Source of the DNA: a virus
Virus record (IMG/VR): IMGVR_UViG_3300028840_002150
Coordinates: 38,421-102,420 of that record
Length of the DNA: 64,000 nucleotides
Strand: one strand, 5' to 3'
Positions 26,396 through 35,531 of the stretch are shown here, piece by piece; positions within the stretch are counted from its first letter, which is position 1; the number at the start of each line of letters is the position of its first letter. Below the pieces are notes generated by a model. It was given only the letters and a program-made list of their open reading frames with translations, was not told the origin of the DNA and ran no database searches. The position numbers and the translations under genes were made by a program.

Positions 26396-26896
26396 ATGTG
26401 CGACTGCTTTCTGAGCCGGGATGCGTGGGCCGCGCTGCTAGGCACGATCCGCCGAGAAAGCCAAGCGGCGTTTGACCGGGCGGTCGGAACGGCCCGGTAT
26501 TTCCTCGCGGAAACACTGGACGTGCTCACGGACGGCCCGGAATGCTGCGCGGATTCGGTCCACGTCGGCGCGGTGGACGCGGACACTCTGCGCCGGGTGG
26601 CCGTCACCGTGGCCCACTATTTCGGTATGAAAAAAGCCGCACAAATCGAAGAGGCCGCGGAACGGCACGGCCAACCGCTGGCCTACTGTTGCTGCTGGCC
26701 GCTGACTATTGCGGACCGGGCGCTGGAGCCGGAACCGTGGCCGGATCCGCACCCGGTCCGCTACCACATGTTGCACATCTCCTGCCGTGGATACGTGCTC
26801 CCGCTCGAGGAAGCCAGGATCCGCGCCAAGGAGGATTTGGAGTTCGAGGGCTGGGCCGCGGAAGTGGCCGCACGCATGAAAGGTGCCCCCGCATGA
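26396..26896 (+). CDS. hypothetical protein
   Basis: GGAGGG RBS. Confidence 0.55.
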   Translation: MCDCFLSRDAWAALLGTIRRESQAAFDRAVGTARYFLAETLDVLTDGPECCADSVHVGAVDADTLRRVAVTVAHYFGMKKAAQIEEAAERHGQPLAYCCCWPLTIADRALEPEPWPDPHPVRYHMLHISCRGYVLPLEEARIRAKEDLEFEGWAAEVAARMKGAPA

Positions 26897-27357
26897 ATCA
26901 GTTCCGGAGCGTTTATGAATGGTTGCTCGGCCATGGTATGCCGGCCGGAATGTCGCACAAGGCCCAGGCCGCTTGGCTGGACCGCTACGTCGAGGACATC
27001 GGCGCCGGGACGGTGACGATGGCCGCCCAAGTGGATACGTCACTGGAGGACGAAATCCAACGGCTACTGGCCCGCGAAGCGGATCTCGAGCGCAGGTTGC
27101 AAGAGGCCGAATCGGAAGTAGAGCGGTTGCGGGAACAGCCCCAACCGGAACCGGAGCAAGCCGTCCAACTGGAACCGTCCGCCATTGAAACACCGTCCTG
27201 GTTCATGCCGCAAGTAGAACCGGAGCCGACGGTAGAACCGGAAACCGAACCGGAACCGGTCGCTATCAAGTCACGGCGCAAACGGCGCCGCAAGCGGTCC
27301 GCCTCGGTATCGGAAAGCACGACCGAAAGCCAACCCGAATCCGAAAGCGAATCCTGA
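26893..27357 (+). CDS. coiled-coil hypothetical protein
   Basis: ATGA coupling; coiled coil, EP repeats and basic patch. Confidence 0.55.
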   Translation: MNQFRSVYEWLLGHGMPAGMSHKAQAAWLDRYVEDIGAGTVTMAAQVDTSLEDEIQRLLAREADLERRLQEAESEVERLREQPQPEPEQAVQLEPSAIETPSWFMPQVEPEPTVEPETEPEPVAIKSRRKRRRKRSASVSESTTESQPESESES

Positions 27358-27612
27358 ATGGACCGAGTTTCGCTTGATATACCGACAACGCTCGAGGACT
27401 CCGGCACCGGAGACGACGTGCCTTATGTCATCGCGTACATGGATGATGGGCCGCTCGGGATTTCGCCGACGAATTGGCCCACCCGCGTGGCAATCGCATT
27501 TCCGAGCGAAAACGCGGCGCGTAAATGGTGGGAGGAAACGGGGCGGCACCGCATGGGCCGAAACCCGAAGGTGCATCTATTGCCGCTCATTGCGGTGGGA
27601 GACAAGCCATGA
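27358..27612 (+). CDS. hypothetical protein
   Basis: Operon packing. Confidence 0.5.
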   Translation: MDRVSLDIPTTLEDSGTGDDVPYVIAYMDDGPLGISPTNWPTRVAIAFPSENAARKWWEETGRHRMGRNPKVHLLPLIAVGDKP

Positions 27613-27860
27613 CCGGCGAAGAAGACTACCTTCCAAACCAAGCACCGCCGATCAAAATGCTTGACCGGTCGGACCTGAGAGATCGAATTAGCCAACTTCG
27701 GGACCAGCGGGACGAATTGGTGGCCGCCATCGAGGAACTTGGCATCGGCCTGTTCGGTACGCCGGAGACAAACCGGCACGGCAAGAGCTGGCGAGATGCC
27801 AAAGCCGACTGGTGGCAACGCTGTAGGCGGGCGGTGGAAGCGGTAGAGCGAAATCCATAA
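27609..27860 (+). CDS. hypothetical protein
   Basis: GGGAG RBS; ATGA overlap. Confidence 0.5.
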   Translation: MTGEEDYLPNQAPPIKMLDRSDLRDRISQLRDQRDELVAAIEELGIGLFGTPETNRHGKSWRDAKADWWQRCRRAVEAVERNP

Positions 27861-27879
27861 TCACGAGGCAGATTAGTCT

Positions 27880-28071
27880 ATGGACCGGTCGCAACAACAG
27901 CCACATCAAAGCCACATCTCCCTTAATGAAGCGGTGGCCGTTGTCTTGCGTTTGGCGGAGGCGAAATGGTACCGCAGGGCGTGGCGGCTTCATCGGCTTA
28001 CTGATTACGAAATTCGGTGCATTCAGATAGTAAGCCAGCAGCTAGAGCACGGCAAGTGGGAGGGCGACTAG
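27880..28071 (+). CDS. hypothetical protein
   Basis: GAGG RBS. Confidence 0.4.
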   Translation: MDRSQQQPHQSHISLNEAVAVVLRLAEAKWYRRAWRLHRLTDYEIRCIQIVSQQLEHGKWEGD

Positions 28072-28074
28072 CCC

Positions 28075-28848
28075 ATGGCACAATCCGCCCCCAACCGCGG
28101 CCAATTCGAGCGGGCCATCCAAAACCGCCTGTTCAAAGTCAACCGCCGATACCGGGAACAAATCCGGGAATCGCTCGGCAACCCGCCGAACTATGCCAAC
28201 GTCCCCTCGGACCTATGGGACCGTCTGAAGGCCGAGGTAGAGCGGGAACTGGCCATTGTGCTCGTTCTTCTGTGGCGGGACCAACTCTACCAGAACACAA
28301 GCGGGATGCCTCAGCAGGGCGTACAGTACGGGGAGCAATGGGCACAACAGCGGGCCGCCAAAACCGCCGCCCGATACGTGGCCAACCTGCAGCGGCAACT
28401 GCTGGCCAAGGCCGCAAGGTGGCGGGCCGATGGGGGCGCGGCACTGACCGGCGCGGAAATGGACGCGGCTTTGCGCGGCCTACTCGGACCCTACCGCTCC
28501 CGCACCATCGCCGCCACGGAAACCACCAAGGGGCTAACCCTGGTCTATTGGTGGCTGGCTACCCAGTATCCGAAATTGGATAAGCAGGCGACCACCGGCG
28601 AGGCCAACGAATTGGTCTGGTTGCTGGGGCCGTGTCAGCACTGCTCCTTCTGTCCGCTAATGCACAACCAACCGAGCCGGGTATGGCGGTTGTATTCCGA
28701 CGGCCCGCCCGCCCATCCGAATTGTTGCTGCTCGTTGCAGATTGTCCCGGCCGGTACCAAATTCAACCCGCCGCCGCCCGATGCGGCTGTACGGGCGGCA
28801 TTGCGCAAGTCCGGGGTTTCCAGACCGAGCGGGGATATGTGGCTCTAA
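28075..28848 (+). CDS. MuF/SPP1 gp7-like head morphogenesis protein
   Basis: RSRTIAATETT, CSFC, GPPAHPNCCC. Confidence 0.8.
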   Translation: MAQSAPNRGQFERAIQNRLFKVNRRYREQIRESLGNPPNYANVPSDLWDRLKAEVERELAIVLVLLWRDQLYQNTSGMPQQGVQYGEQWAQQRAAKTAARYVANLQRQLLAKAARWRADGGAALTGAEMDAALRGLLGPYRSRTIAATETTKGLTLVYWWLATQYPKLDKQATTGEANELVWLLGPCQHCSFCPLMHNQPSRVWRLYSDGPPAHPNCCCSLQIVPAGTKFNPPPPDAAVRAALRKSGVSRPSGDMWL

Positions 28849-28864
28849 CGGAGGATAGGCGGGC

Positions 28865-29611
28865 ATGGGCGGTGTTTTGCCGAGCGAGGTAATTGCGGAG
28901 TTGGAATCCCTCGGGCCGGTTTGGCAATCTTCCGACTGCCGGATCGTGCTTTGTAACTGCGATTGTCTGGAGGGGCTAAAGGTGTTGCCGGAGGGGTGTG
29001 TGGATGCGGTGGTGACGGATCCCGAATACGGCATAGGATGGAATCCACGTGTGAACCACAAAGACGCAAAGTGGAGAGACACCAATAGATTCGACCCATT
29101 GCCATGGCTTGGGATCGGTACTTATCACTTGTTTTGGGGCGGAAACTATTTTGCCGATAGGTTGCCGGTATCTAACGGGTGGCTTGCGTGGGTAAAGCGG
29201 CCGATCCATTGCGACTTTTCGAATGACCATAGATCATACAGTACGGTCGAACTGGCGTGGTCCGATTTTGGTAAGGCCCGTTTTATAAAGCATGTTTGGG
29301 ATGGCGGCATGCGAGAGGGCGATTCGTCAAACCGTGAGTTTTTGCATCCTGCACAGAAACCCGTCGAGGTTATGATTGCAAGCATGCCTCCGATTGATGC
29401 CGCGGTCGTATGCGACCCTGAAGTTGGCTCCGGCACAACTGCCATCGCCTGCATCCGCACAGACCGTTCCTGCATCGGCATGGAAATAGACCGGGGCTAC
29501 TGGGAGACCGCCGTATCCCGATGTAAGCGGGAGTACGAGCGGACCGCTCTTTTGGATTCCTCTGAGTCCATCCAGGTGCTCCGCCAACAGGCCCTCCCCC
29601 TTTCTTCCTGA
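28865..29611 (+). CDS. DNA methyltransferase-like protein with variant motifs
   Basis: DAVVTDPEYG (for DPPY), WGGNYF, HPAQKPV, DPEVGSGTT. Confidence 0.8.
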   Translation: MGGVLPSEVIAELESLGPVWQSSDCRIVLCNCDCLEGLKVLPEGCVDAVVTDPEYGIGWNPRVNHKDAKWRDTNRFDPLPWLGIGTYHLFWGGNYFADRLPVSNGWLAWVKRPIHCDFSNDHRSYSTVELAWSDFGKARFIKHVWDGGMREGDSSNREFLHPAQKPVEVMIASMPPIDAAVVCDPEVGSGTTAIACIRTDRSCIGMEIDRGYWETAVSRCKREYERTALLDSSESIQVLRQQALPLSS

Positions 29612-29628
29612 CTGCGGCCCAATCCTCC

Positions 29629-29689
29629 GATATTGGAAAAATATCTCCCCACCTATTGCAAGCTAGGCCGCTTACCCCGTAGAGATCCC
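29629..29689 (+). promoter_or_regulatory. perfect operator plus putative late promoter
   Basis: GATATT-GGAAA-AATATC; TTGCAA-N18-TAGAGATCCC. Confidence 0.55.
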
Positions 29690-29717
29690 ACCGTAGCCGC
29701 ATGGTGGAGTCTCGTTA

Positions 29718-31151
29718 GTGGCCGTAGCAACCGCATCCCAAAGCCCCCGCACCCGGACCCTTCCCGGTCGCCTTACGCTCGAACTCAACGAGCCGTGTTG
29801 GGCGATGGAGCAGGCGCCCGGTGAATTGCGGACCCGGATCGACCGTGAGCAAAACGTCCTCAAGGGCGTGCGGCTCGTCGGCAGCCGGTCCAACAATGAA
29901 GCGCGGGTCATCGGGCTGACGGAGAACGAAGTCGGCGACGCGGCCGGCCGCCCCTACCGCTACTGCATGGAAGGGCTGGGCCGGTCCAAGCATCTCTACG
30001 AAGGCGCCAAGGTTTTCAACGACCATCTGCCCTTCGATTACGACCGCGACGGCCGCCGCGTGGTCAAGTCCGCCGTCCGCGACAACGACAAGCTGCTGGG
30101 CTGGATTCGCAATGTCCGCGTGGCCAAGACCGGCAACCCGGACGTGGACGGGCTCTATGGGGACTTCCACTATCTGGCCAGCCACCCGTTTACGCCGCGG
30201 CTGCTGGAAATCGCAGAGCGCAATCCCACGGCCCTGGCCATGAGCCACGAGGCCATCTTCGACCAGCCCCGCATCGAAGGCGGCCAAGTCGTGCTGCCGG
30301 TCATTACCGAAGTCCACGCCATCGCGCTGGTTAGCAACCGTCCCGGAACGACCACCGGGCTATTCGAGTCGTCCGCAAAGGAGAGACAAATGCCCCTCAC
30401 GATTCGCAAGGTTTTGGAAAGCGCGCCGCGCAATGTGCCGGGCTACAGCCTGCTCAAGCGCTGCGTGTTCGAAATGGATGAAGCCCCGGAAGAGACGCCG
30501 GACGATCCGCTGGCCGATACCGTGATTTCGGAAGAGGCGCCGGGCGAGATGGACCCGCAGCAACAGGTCCGCATGGGGCTCTTGGCGGCCGTCAACAAAA
30601 AGCTGGATGAGGCCGACACCTCGCAACTGAAAGCCGTGCTGAAAGCCCTTGGCTTGTCCGACAGCGTATCGGAAAACGTCGCCGGCCCGCCTCCCGAGGA
30701 GCTTACCGCCGAGGAAGAGGGCGGAGACGGTGAAGAGCTGGCCGCCGAGCAGGAAGGCGAAGAGGAAATGGCCGCCGAAGAGGAAGGCGAAGACAAGCCC
30801 GCCGCCGCGGAAATGGGCTACGAAGACAATCCCGTCGCCGAGGAAGAAGGCGAGGACAAGGCGGAAGCCGCCATGGAGTGCGCGGACCTGCTGGCCGCCG
30901 CCGGCATCCCGACCAAGCGGGTGCTGATCGAAAGCATGGTGGCCCTGCCCAAGGCCAAACGGAAGCAGTTCGTTTCCGAGCTGGCATCGAGCCGCCCCAA
31001 CCCGATGGGCACGCCCCGCAGCGCCGCCGTCAAGCCGCAACCGAAAGCCCGCCCCGCCTGGGAAGTGGCCGAGGAGAAGTACGGAAAGAAGGGCGCCTTT
31101 GTGGCCGAGCAAGTGGGCCGCAATTCGTACCCGATCATCCCCGGCATGTAA
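29718..31151 (+). CDS. prohead protease plus scaffold
   Basis: SNN..Y...YEGAKVFNDH...MSH...IALV..PGTT.GLFE, then acidic scaffold; precedes decoration and capsid genes. Confidence 0.75.
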   Translation: MAVATASQSPRTRTLPGRLTLELNEPCWAMEQAPGELRTRIDREQNVLKGVRLVGSRSNNEARVIGLTENEVGDAAGRPYRYCMEGLGRSKHLYEGAKVFNDHLPFDYDRDGRRVVKSAVRDNDKLLGWIRNVRVAKTGNPDVDGLYGDFHYLASHPFTPRLLEIAERNPTALAMSHEAIFDQPRIEGGQVVLPVITEVHAIALVSNRPGTTTGLFESSAKERQMPLTIRKVLESAPRNVPGYSLLKRCVFEMDEAPEETPDDPLADTVISEEAPGEMDPQQQVRMGLLAAVNKKLDEADTSQLKAVLKALGLSDSVSENVAGPPPEELTAEEEGGDGEELAAEQEGEEEMAAEEEGEDKPAAAEMGYEDNPVAEEEGEDKAEAAMECADLLAAAGIPTKRVLIESMVALPKAKRKQFVSELASSRPNPMGTPRSAAVKPQPKARPAWEVAEEKYGKKGAFVAEQVGRNSYPIIPGM

Positions 31152-31239
31152 TCCGCCGGGCGACGCCGCCAAACGTCGCAGAGCACCGACCCCGCTGGCA
31201 CCGAGATAAGCGAAGCCACTCAAACCAGCGAGGAAAATC

Positions 31240-32010
31240 ATGACAGTACGAATCCTGGAAAACGGGATCATGAACGGAACGAAGGTTCCGTTCGATGGGT
31301 CCATCGCCGTCACCAAGGGCGACGCGATGTACCTGGACACCGACGACGTGAAGCCGGCCAGCAGCCAGGCGGACGGCGGAAGCGAAATCATCAACCAGAT
31401 CACGTTCGCCCGCAAATTCGCCGGGTTCGCGGGAGACACGCGCAAAAGCACCGATACCACGGCTGTCGCGGAGTTCCCGGTTTACACGGACGTGGTGGCG
31501 GAAGTCACGGTCGCTTCGAGCACTTTCGTGGTTGGCGACATGCTGGCCATCGATGAGGCTTCCAGCGGCACGGCCCTGCTGAACACCACGTTCAGCAAGA
31601 CAACCGCACCCGCCGCCGCGGTCGGAACCGTGATCGAGAACTACGCCACCGCCACGACCACGGTAAAGGCGCGGTTCGTCTCCCGCGTGCTCGAACACAC
31701 CTACGCCAAGCCCAACATGCTCGGCGTGCAGACCAACACGGAAACGCTGACCGACGCCAAGACGCTGGTAGCGTCCGATGCGCGGATTCAAAACCTGGAT
31801 CCGGGCGGCTCGGCCCGCAACGTCACCCTGCCGGCACCCGCTGGCTGGGCAGGCGATACGTTCCTGATCGTCAACGCTGCCGACGCAGCCGAGATCATCA
31901 CCGTCAAAAACTCCGCCGGCACCACGCTTTGCACGCCGACTCAGAGCGAGTACGCGCTTTGCTGGTCCGACGGAACCAACACGTTTGCCGCCGTTTTGGC
32001 CGCCAGCTAA
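31240..32010 (+). CDS. head decoration/cement protein with C-terminal beta domain
   Basis: Position between protease and capsid; KGD...FAG.A...GD.L pattern. Confidence 0.65.
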   Translation: MTVRILENGIMNGTKVPFDGSIAVTKGDAMYLDTDDVKPASSQADGGSEIINQITFARKFAGFAGDTRKSTDTTAVAEFPVYTDVVAEVTVASSTFVVGDMLAIDEASSGTALLNTTFSKTTAPAAAVGTVIENYATATTTVKARFVSRVLEHTYAKPNMLGVQTNTETLTDAKTLVASDARIQNLDPGGSARNVTLPAPAGWAGDTFLIVNAADAAEIITVKNSAGTTLCTPTQSEYALCWSDGTNTFAAVLAAS

Positions 32011-32066
32011 CCGGCGCGGGGCTAGTTGCTTCATTCACCCAGACCCCGCGAAGGAGACGTTGAGCA

Positions 32067-32384
32067 ATGTTCCGACTGCAGGCAATCGACGGTAAGGCAT
32101 CGGTCAACACCGAAACCCTTACCGATAACAAAACGCTGACCACCGCGGACCACCCGATTCAGATTTTGGATCCGGGAGGCTCCGCGCGAACCATTACCTT
32201 GCCCACCGCAACCGACGCGGTGGACGGGAAGTGCTACTGGATTAAGAACTCGGCCGACGCGGCAGAAATCATCACCGTCGCCGACGCGGATTCGAACACC
32301 ATCGGCACGCCGACCCAAAACGAAACCGGCCTGTTCCTTTGCGTGGACGGGACCTGGTACGGGTTGGTCGGTTCGCACGTCTGA
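32067..32384 (+). CDS. stand-alone paralog of the decoration C-terminal domain
   Basis: NTETLTD.KTL...IQ.LDPGGSAR.TLP...NSADAAEIITV...TPTQ shared with previous gene. Confidence 0.75.
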   Translation: MFRLQAIDGKASVNTETLTDNKTLTTADHPIQILDPGGSARTITLPTATDAVDGKCYWIKNSADAAEIITVADADSNTIGTPTQNETGLFLCVDGTWYGLVGSHV

Positions 32385-32487
32385 TAAACCAAATCGCCAA
32401 ATCGCCAGCACCGACTCGCTCCGCACCAACAACGTGCCCACCGGGCATCGTGCCGTAGATGAAGCACGCACACTATAGGAGCGAGAA

Positions 32488-33792
32488 ATGGACCATCGTT
32501 GGGTAAGAACAGTTTTCGAAGACTACGTGCCGCGTGACGCATCGCCCGGCGACCGGGTTCAAGGCACGTACAAGTTCGTGGAGCGGTTCCGCGAGAAGTT
32601 GGGCCTCGGGTTCAACAAGTTCAACCGGCCGGCGTTCGTCGGCGAAGCGGAAGTGGACTACCGCCAGTTCAACCTCCGCGCATTGGCCGACACGCTGTGC
32701 CCCGGACTGCCCGAGCGGCTGTACGAGGACTACTCCCGCACCATGCGCGTCATGGAAGCGGGCGGCAATCCGGCGGCCGTCGTCCCCGGTGATATTCCGG
32801 ACGTATCGGCCTACCTGGGTTCGGTCATCGGCCTGCTGGATGCGGCCATGCTCACCGGCTACGACACGCCGGAGTTCATGATTGACGACCTGGTGCCGAC
32901 GGTTCCGGCGAAGACCCGCCAGAGTTCCTTCATCGGCTTCGGTCGGATCGGCGACAAGTCGGCCCGCCGCAACCCCGGTGAGGGTCACGAGTGGGCCCGC
33001 TTCGATGACCGCGTGGTCAAGACGCCGGAAACCCTCAATGACGCGCTGGCCGGCGCGGTGACGAAGGAAGCGGTGTTCTTCGACCAAACGAACTCTGTCC
33101 TGCAGCAGATGGAAGAGATCGGCCGCGAGCTGGCCCTCCGCAAGGAGTTGGACGGCTTCCGCGTACTCGCCGGCGTTACCGGGGCCACCGGTTACAACGG
33201 CATCTACGAGTACAACGGTACGCTCTACAACACGTACCTGACCAGCGGAAACTGGATCAACGACTTCGAAAACGAACTGAACGACTGGACCGACGTGGAT
33301 TACGTCGAGCAGCAGTTCGCCAAGATGACGGACCAGGAAACCGGCAACCGGATTTCGGTGGACTTCGACACCATCCTGGTGAGCCGCGCGAAAAAGAACA
33401 CGGCCCTGCAGATCAAAGCCGCGACGGAAATCGAAACGATTACCGCCGGCGGGCAGGAGTTGCGACGCGGAGCGAGCAAGGTCGGCTCCGCCTACAACAT
33501 CGTGTCCTCGGTCTACTGGGACCAGGTGCTTACGGACACGGCCAACGAGTACAGCAAGGGTCTCGGCCTGTCCACCGCGAACGCGGCCCAATACTGGCTG
33601 GCCGTGAAAACCACACCCAACCGCTCGGCGTTCGTCCGCACGGAAAACTTCCCCATGAAGGTCGAGCGGGCCACCGGCAACAGCATGGAGATGCTCGACA
33701 AGGGCATCGTGCTGGCCGTGTTCGCGGACCAGATGCACCGCTTCGGCGTGATGGAGCCCCGCTACGTGATTCGCTGCAAGAACGAATCCTAA
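32488..33792 (+). CDS. major capsid protein (Mu gpT-like, HK97 fold)
   Basis: 434 aa; VTKEAVFFDQT..VL...IG..L; C-terminal GVMEPRYV; AGGAG RBS. Confidence 0.85.
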   Translation: MDHRWVRTVFEDYVPRDASPGDRVQGTYKFVERFREKLGLGFNKFNRPAFVGEAEVDYRQFNLRALADTLCPGLPERLYEDYSRTMRVMEAGGNPAAVVPGDIPDVSAYLGSVIGLLDAAMLTGYDTPEFMIDDLVPTVPAKTRQSSFIGFGRIGDKSARRNPGEGHEWARFDDRVVKTPETLNDALAGAVTKEAVFFDQTNSVLQQMEEIGRELALRKELDGFRVLAGVTGATGYNGIYEYNGTLYNTYLTSGNWINDFENELNDWTDVDYVEQQFAKMTDQETGNRISVDFDTILVSRAKKNTALQIKAATEIETITAGGQELRRGASKVGSAYNIVSSVYWDQVLTDTANEYSKGLGLSTANAAQYWLAVKTTPNRSAFVRTENFPMKVERATGNSMEMLDKGIVLAVFADQMHRFGVMEPRYVIRCKNES

Positions 33793-33812
33793 GCCACCCC
33801 CGTTGTGTTGAC

Positions 33813-33855
33813 GCAGGGGGCCGGTGCCACCGCCCCTGGGCACCGGCCCCCTTGC
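33813..33855 (+). terminator. strong hairpin after capsid gene
   Basis: GCAGGGGGCCGGTGCC/GGCACCGGCCCCCTTGC; no clear T-run. Confidence 0.5.
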
Positions 33856-33898
33856 CCCCGAACATCCCGACGATTGTGACATTCCGTGGAGAAAGAGA

Positions 33899-34402
33899 AT
33901 GCCCCCAAGCAAAAGCGGTAGCAACAACAAGACACAGGCGGAATTGCCCGAGGCGATGGGTAGCGAGAAACCCGCCGACAAATCCGTCAGCGCCGAGGAC
34001 GCGAAAGACGCGGCCAGCCTCGAACAGCGGTTTGCGGACCTGCAGACCAAGTTCGACGAGCTGTCCCGCGGCTTCATGACCCTGATGGCACTGGGCGGGC
34101 GCGGCAACGAATCCCTGGACGAAACGATCCGCGCCAAGCAACAGCGAGACAAGGCCCGCCTCGAGCGAAAGCTGAGGGCCGAAGAAGACCGGCAGGCGGA
34201 AGAACAGATGGCCCTGGAGGACGGCCCGCTGAAGTTCCTCTGTTGGCTCGGCGACGGTGAACGCGGCAAGCGGACCGCCAAAGTTGTAGGCGCGATTGAC
34301 GACACCCACGCCAAGGCCAAGTACCGCAAGGCGATGGGGATTGTCACCACCGCGCAGCGCGAAAATGCCGTGCCGGTCGATGACGAAACGGTGGCGGCCT
34401 AA
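33899..34402 (+). CDS. hypothetical head-associated protein
   Basis: Follows capsid; coiled coil. Confidence 0.55.
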   Translation: MPPSKSGSNNKTQAELPEAMGSEKPADKSVSAEDAKDAASLEQRFADLQTKFDELSRGFMTLMALGGRGNESLDETIRAKQQRDKARLERKLRAEEDRQAEEQMALEDGPLKFLCWLGDGERGKRTAKVVGAIDDTHAKAKYRKAMGIVTTAQRENAVPVDDETVAA

Positions 34403-34432
34403 CCGGGCTGCGACGCTGGAGACTTTCCGCCC

Positions 34433-34672
34433 ATGGCCTACACCCAAGCCGAACGGTTGGCGCTGCTGAATACGCGGATCGACACGATCCACGACGAACT
34501 GGCGGAGTTGACCAAAAGCACCATCGGCGGAAAGCCCAACACAACCGGCGGCGCAGAAGGCATCGATCACGTCGGGCACCGCAAGGCGTTGCTGGACGAA
34601 TTGGACCGACTGCTTGCCACCAAACGCAAGCTGGAATTGGAATTGGCGGGGCCGTGGATTCGTCCGTCCTGA
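34433..34672 (+). CDS. head-tail adaptor (gpW-like)
   Basis: Helix-hairpin-helix; GGKPNTT..IDHVG..L..ELD; position. Confidence 0.55.
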   Translation: MAYTQAERLALLNTRIDTIHDELAELTKSTIGGKPNTTGGAEGIDHVGHRKALLDELDRLLATKRKLELELAGPWIRPS

Positions 34673-34708
34673 CGGCGCGGCGTCCCGCTTATCCGGAGAC
34701 CGTGCGAT

Positions 34709-34900
34709 ATGGACGACAGGAAATTACTGGGGCTGGCGGCGGTAATCGTCTCCGTCGCCGCGCTGCTGATGGCCGCGACTCCGCTGGTCCAGGAAGTACG
34801 CGAGATCCGGGAGAAGGAACGCTTGGACCAAAAGTCCGAGCGCGTCATGGATCTGGCGGAACAGTTTCTCAATCGGCTACTGAGCGGAGACAAGCAATGA
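34709..34900 (+). CDS. small membrane protein (holin-like)
   Basis: N-terminal TM helix and charged tail. Confidence 0.45.
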   Translation: MDDRKLLGLAAVIVSVAALLMAATPLVQEVREIREKERLDQKSERVMDLAEQFLNRLLSGDKQ

Positions 34901-35520
34901 ACCGGACCCGCACCGTTGTGTTTATCGGGCTGTTGGCGATTGCCGGCGCGTTCCTCTGTTGGATTGAACAGCCGTCGCCGAACGGCCCGCCTATCGACAG
35001 CGATGTCGTTGCCAAGCTGGGCCTGCAAAACGGCGGACCCTACGCCTGCAACATCGCGTTGGATTTGCCGCCGGAATTCCGGCAGCGCAACTGGGGCGGC
35101 GGTTCCTGCGTTCATGCTTCGACGGTCAACCTGCTGCGATGGATGGGGTTGTTTGATTTGGCGGATTGGTGGCGCAACCAGTACAGCGGCGGTGAGTACA
35201 GTGACCGCCTTGTAAAGCGGATGGAAGCCGCCGGCCTGCAATACGCCTACACCACCGAAAGCGATTTCGGCTTTTTGGAGTGGGCCTGCCGCACGGGCCG
35301 CGGCGCGGGCATTTTCTACAAGCCCCGCCACGCCATCAACTGCGTTGGCATGGATTCGCAGTACGTTTATTTACTCGACAACAACGCCACGAATTACCCG
35401 GAACAGCGCGGCACCTACGAGCGAGTTCCGATCGATACGTTCAAGTCACGTTGGCGCGGATACGGGGGCTTCGCCTGGTCGCTTGTCTACATGCCCCCGG
35501 CTCCGGTTCCTCATCAATGA
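34897..35520 (+). CDS. membrane-anchored papain-like (C39-like) cysteine peptidase
   Basis: N-terminal TM; GGSCVHAS (Cys), HAINCVG (His), LLDNN. Confidence 0.65.
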   Translation: MNRTRTVVFIGLLAIAGAFLCWIEQPSPNGPPIDSDVVAKLGLQNGGPYACNIALDLPPEFRQRNWGGGSCVHASTVNLLRWMGLFDLADWWRNQYSGGEYSDRLVKRMEAAGLQYAYTTESDFGFLEWACRTGRGAGIFYKPRHAINCVGMDSQYVYLLDNNATNYPEQRGTYERVPIDTFKSRWRGYGGFAWSLVYMPPAPVPHQ

Positions 35521-35531
35521 AAGGGCGGAAT

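Noticed and set aside
32473-34350. 625-aa minus-strand ORF (similarly 24984-26201, 30360-31460, 62896-63948)
   Set aside because: Shadow ORFs opposite well-supported structural genes.
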